From Phaeosaccion multiseriatum (lineage: Eukaryota > Protista > Ochrophyta, other classes): a stretch of 64,000 nucleotides of DNA. The position numbers and the translations under genes were made by a program. The stretch is taken from contig OZ218956.1 of NCBI GenBank assembly GCA_965112735.1, forward strand, positions 3,410,001 through 3,474,000. The letters are read 5' to 3'. The notes beneath the pieces were generated by a model, which saw nothing but the letters and a program-made list of their open reading frames with translations, was not told the DNA's origin and ran no database searches. Of the stretch, positions 61,493 through 64,000 are shown piece by piece. Each line of letters starts with the position of its first letter. Within the stretch, counting starts at the first letter, position 1.

Positions 61493-62937
61493 TCAATCCT
61501 CGCAGTCGCAAGGGTGTCCATTGGCATGCACCCACTGCTTGATCTCCTCAAAGGAGTCTTCGGGGATGAACCACTCTTCACCATCTGCCTCAAACTTGCT
61601 CCTGATGGTCTCTGGACACACCCCCTCGTCCCACGCACAGCCCACCTCTTCCGAGCGGAGCCACTGCAGCATTGGCAGGCTTTTGCCAGACTCCACCGCG
61701 TCTCTGCAAACACTCGCATTCCAATCACAGAACTCACGCGCATTGGCGTGCAGCCACCGCAGAGTGGGCAGTTGAGAACAAATTGCAGCAAGCATAGCTC
61801 CCCGCTTCCACACACTTCCCTCCTCCGCTCCCTCCAGCTCAGCCCTAACCCTGGGGTTATTCAGCAGACCTTCCAGCACAGAGATGTGCCTAGCAGCACC
61901 GAGCCACACACGTTGATCGAACGGCGCATTCACGTCATCCGATAGAACCAGCTCCAGCAGCGGTAAGTCCCCCTCCTTCGCGGCATTGGCGCAGACGCTC
62001 AAATCATCGGAGCAAAGCTCTTTCAGCACACTCACGTGGTGCTTGTTCTTCGCTGCAGATTTTTACACCGTCACATCCCGGGGACAGCCCATGTGATGGA
62101 GGGCCTTGCACATGCTCACACCTCCAGACTGAATAGCGGCTCTGAGCGTCTCGACTGTAAGCTCGTAGCCGTGCCTCCTGGCCCAATACACTCGCTCGAT
62201 GGATGCCACTACACTCGTTTGGCTCGTCTCGGCTCGGTGCGCAACAATGTAGTAGTCCCGCCACTCCTTGCACACCGTCGCGACGAAAGCGTACTCCCCA
62301 GGCCCAACGAGCTCCATCACCTTTCCGTACACCTCTTCGATACCAACGGCCTCTGCACAGCTAGATCCATCGCCGGCCAGAAGGGCAGGTGGTCGGCCAG
62401 GGGCTGTGCGACCAAGCCCAGGAGCAGCAGTTTCTGCCTCTCCTCCTGAGGCCGCCCGTCGCCGCTTGGTACCACCTCTTCTCCCTCCCACTTCTCCCTC
62501 CTCGTCACCTGCCTCATCAGGGTTGATTGGGTCCCTTCTTTCGGGGCTTCCCGATGCCTCCAATCGTAGGCGGAGGAGGAGGAGCTCCTTCTCTCTTTCA
62601 AAATCCTTCTCCTTCGCCTTCTCGTCGAAGAGCTTGGCCTCCTTCTCTCTCTCAAAGGCCCTCTCTTTCGCCTCCTCGTCCCTCTTGTGAGCCATCTCCT
62701 TCGCTTTCTCGTCTCTCTCATAAGCCTCCCTCTCCCTTTCTCTTCTCCCTTTCTCCTCTTGTAGTTGCAGCTTCTCCGTCCTCAAGGCCTGGAGGTGCAT
62801 CAGCAGCTCCTCCCTGCTTCCCCCACTCGCACATGACAGGGTCAATCCCCCAAGTAGCTGCCCTCCCCGCGCAGAGCCCTTTTGACCTCCTCCTCCTCGC
62901 TCTCCACCCTCTGCAGCTTGTCCTGTAGCTCACTCAT
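61493..62937 (-). pseudogene. Disrupted gene: coiled-coil header + ankyrin-like (C-x-W-D-x-x-V-C-x-x-A-A) repeat protein, copy 1
   Basis: MSELQDKL...GEGSYLG, then a frameshift near 62848, then ORF 62845-62063 ending in an in-frame TAA, and the same frame continues to 61493 (VCANAAKEGDL, LRWLHAN..CDWNASVC, GCAWDEGVC, WVHANGHPC). Confidence 0.75.
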
Positions 62938-63204
62938 AACATACAGAGTGGGAAATGCAGCCCTCAGCAGCAGGAGAATGAGGAGGAGCAACGCACGGAG
63001 TTACGCTTATCTAAGGCGCTAGACGAGCGCTTCGACTGACCCACACCAGCATGCTTGACGTGTTGGTGCTGTAATCGTTGAGGGCTCACAGCTGTTTTCA
63101 AATCTGCTCGAAGCACCCCCTTTTCATTTTTTAGAAGTCAATATCGGTCAGCTTGACGGGATCCTTTGATGATTGGACACCTCCGCCTCTCCTCAACCTC
63201 CAAG

Positions 63205-64000
63205 ATGCAAGGCATCCAGGCGAGCATCGCAGCAGTGAGCAGGAAGGAAGACGCACTAGAGAAGGCCTTGAGTGGGCAGGGCACGTACCTGGGGCTGAGC
63301 TTGGGAGGAGCAGCACCAGCAGCACATGAGGAGGTGAGAAAAGAGCTGCTGATGCACCTCCAAGCCGTGAGGGAGAGGGAGAGAGAGGAGATAGCCTTGG
63401 AGAGAGAGAGAGAGGCCAAGCTATTGGACGAAGAGATGAAAAAGAAGGATCACAAAAGGAAGGAGAGGGCGAAGGAGAAGGCACAAGAGGAAGGAGAGGG
63501 CGAAGGAGAAGGCTTACGAGAGGGAAGAGAAGGCGAGGGAGAAGGCTCACGAGAGGGAACAGAAGGCGAAAGAGAGGGTCTTGGAGAGAGAGAAGGAGCT
63601 ACTCCTCCTCCGCCTCGAAGTACAACCATCAGCTGCCTCTACGAGCCGCAGCCTTGATGGCAGAGGAGAGGAGGGCAACGTGGTGGGCGAAAGAAGGGGG
63701 GGCACCAAGCGAAAGCGGGGGCCCTTAGGAGGGGAGGGTGGAGATGGCGGACGCGCTGCCCCTGCACACGAAGGGCGTGCGTCCTGTCACCGAGCGTCCC
63801 CTGCTGGCTCGGATGGCTGTGCATATGCCCTTGGTATGAAGGAGGTTTATGGACAGGTGATGGAGCTCGTGGGGCAGGGGGAGTATGCTTTCGTCGCGAC
63901 GGTGTGCAAGGAGTGGAGGGGCTACTACATCGTTGCGCACCCAGCCAAGACGAGGCAAGCGAGTGTAGTTACATCCATTGAACGCTTGTACTGGGCCAAG
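63205..64000 (+). pseudogene. Disrupted paralog (copy 2) of the same family in inverted orientation, runs off the window
   Basis: KALSGQGTYLG..ELLMHLQA header; VMELVGQGEYAFVATVCKEWRGYYIVAH vs copy 1 VMELVGPGEYAFVATVCKEWRDYYIVAH; frameshifts/stops between the blocks. Confidence 0.75.

Noticed and set aside
62063-62065. Stop-codon reassignment or readthrough suggested by the in-frame TAA
   Set aside because: Conserved genes in the window use TAA, TAG and TGA as normal stops, and the same locus has a frameshift, so pseudogenisation is simpler.

Overview
Eukaryotic nuclear DNA, most likely a photosynthetic stramenopile (ochrophyte): several proteins carry signal peptide + 'ASAF/GAF/GF'-type bipartite plastid presequences, and there is a chlorophyll a/c-type LHC gene. 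The window is gene-dense, with about 15 genes, most of them multi-exon, and microsatellite-filled GT-AG introns. Genes in order: plastid STI1-domain protein, sepiapterin-reductase-like SDR, hypothetical coiled-coil protein, DNA topoisomerase IB, ionotropic glutamate receptor-like channel, plastid Rossmann-fold protein, APC10, PUM3/Puf6, THIC, ankyrin/B-box/TKL kinase, WRKY19-like Zn-finger protein, RPSA, organellar-type GlyRS, a myristoylated EF-hand/repeat protein and an LHCX-like protein. Most sit in tight head-to-head pairs. There is also a decayed FNIP-repeat relic and an inverted pair of disrupted ankyrin-like genes. The most interesting unexplained signals are: (i) strand-polarised introns with G-rich 5' ends and complementary C-rich 3' ends; (ii) islands of unique, strongly base-paired sequence inside introns of THIC (which has no canonical TPP aptamer), PUM3 and RPSA; (iii) an AKAP-like tandem helix + PKA-site protein; (iv) an iGluR with no amino-terminal domain. 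All exon boundaries and RNA folds were worked out by eye and need computational confirmation.
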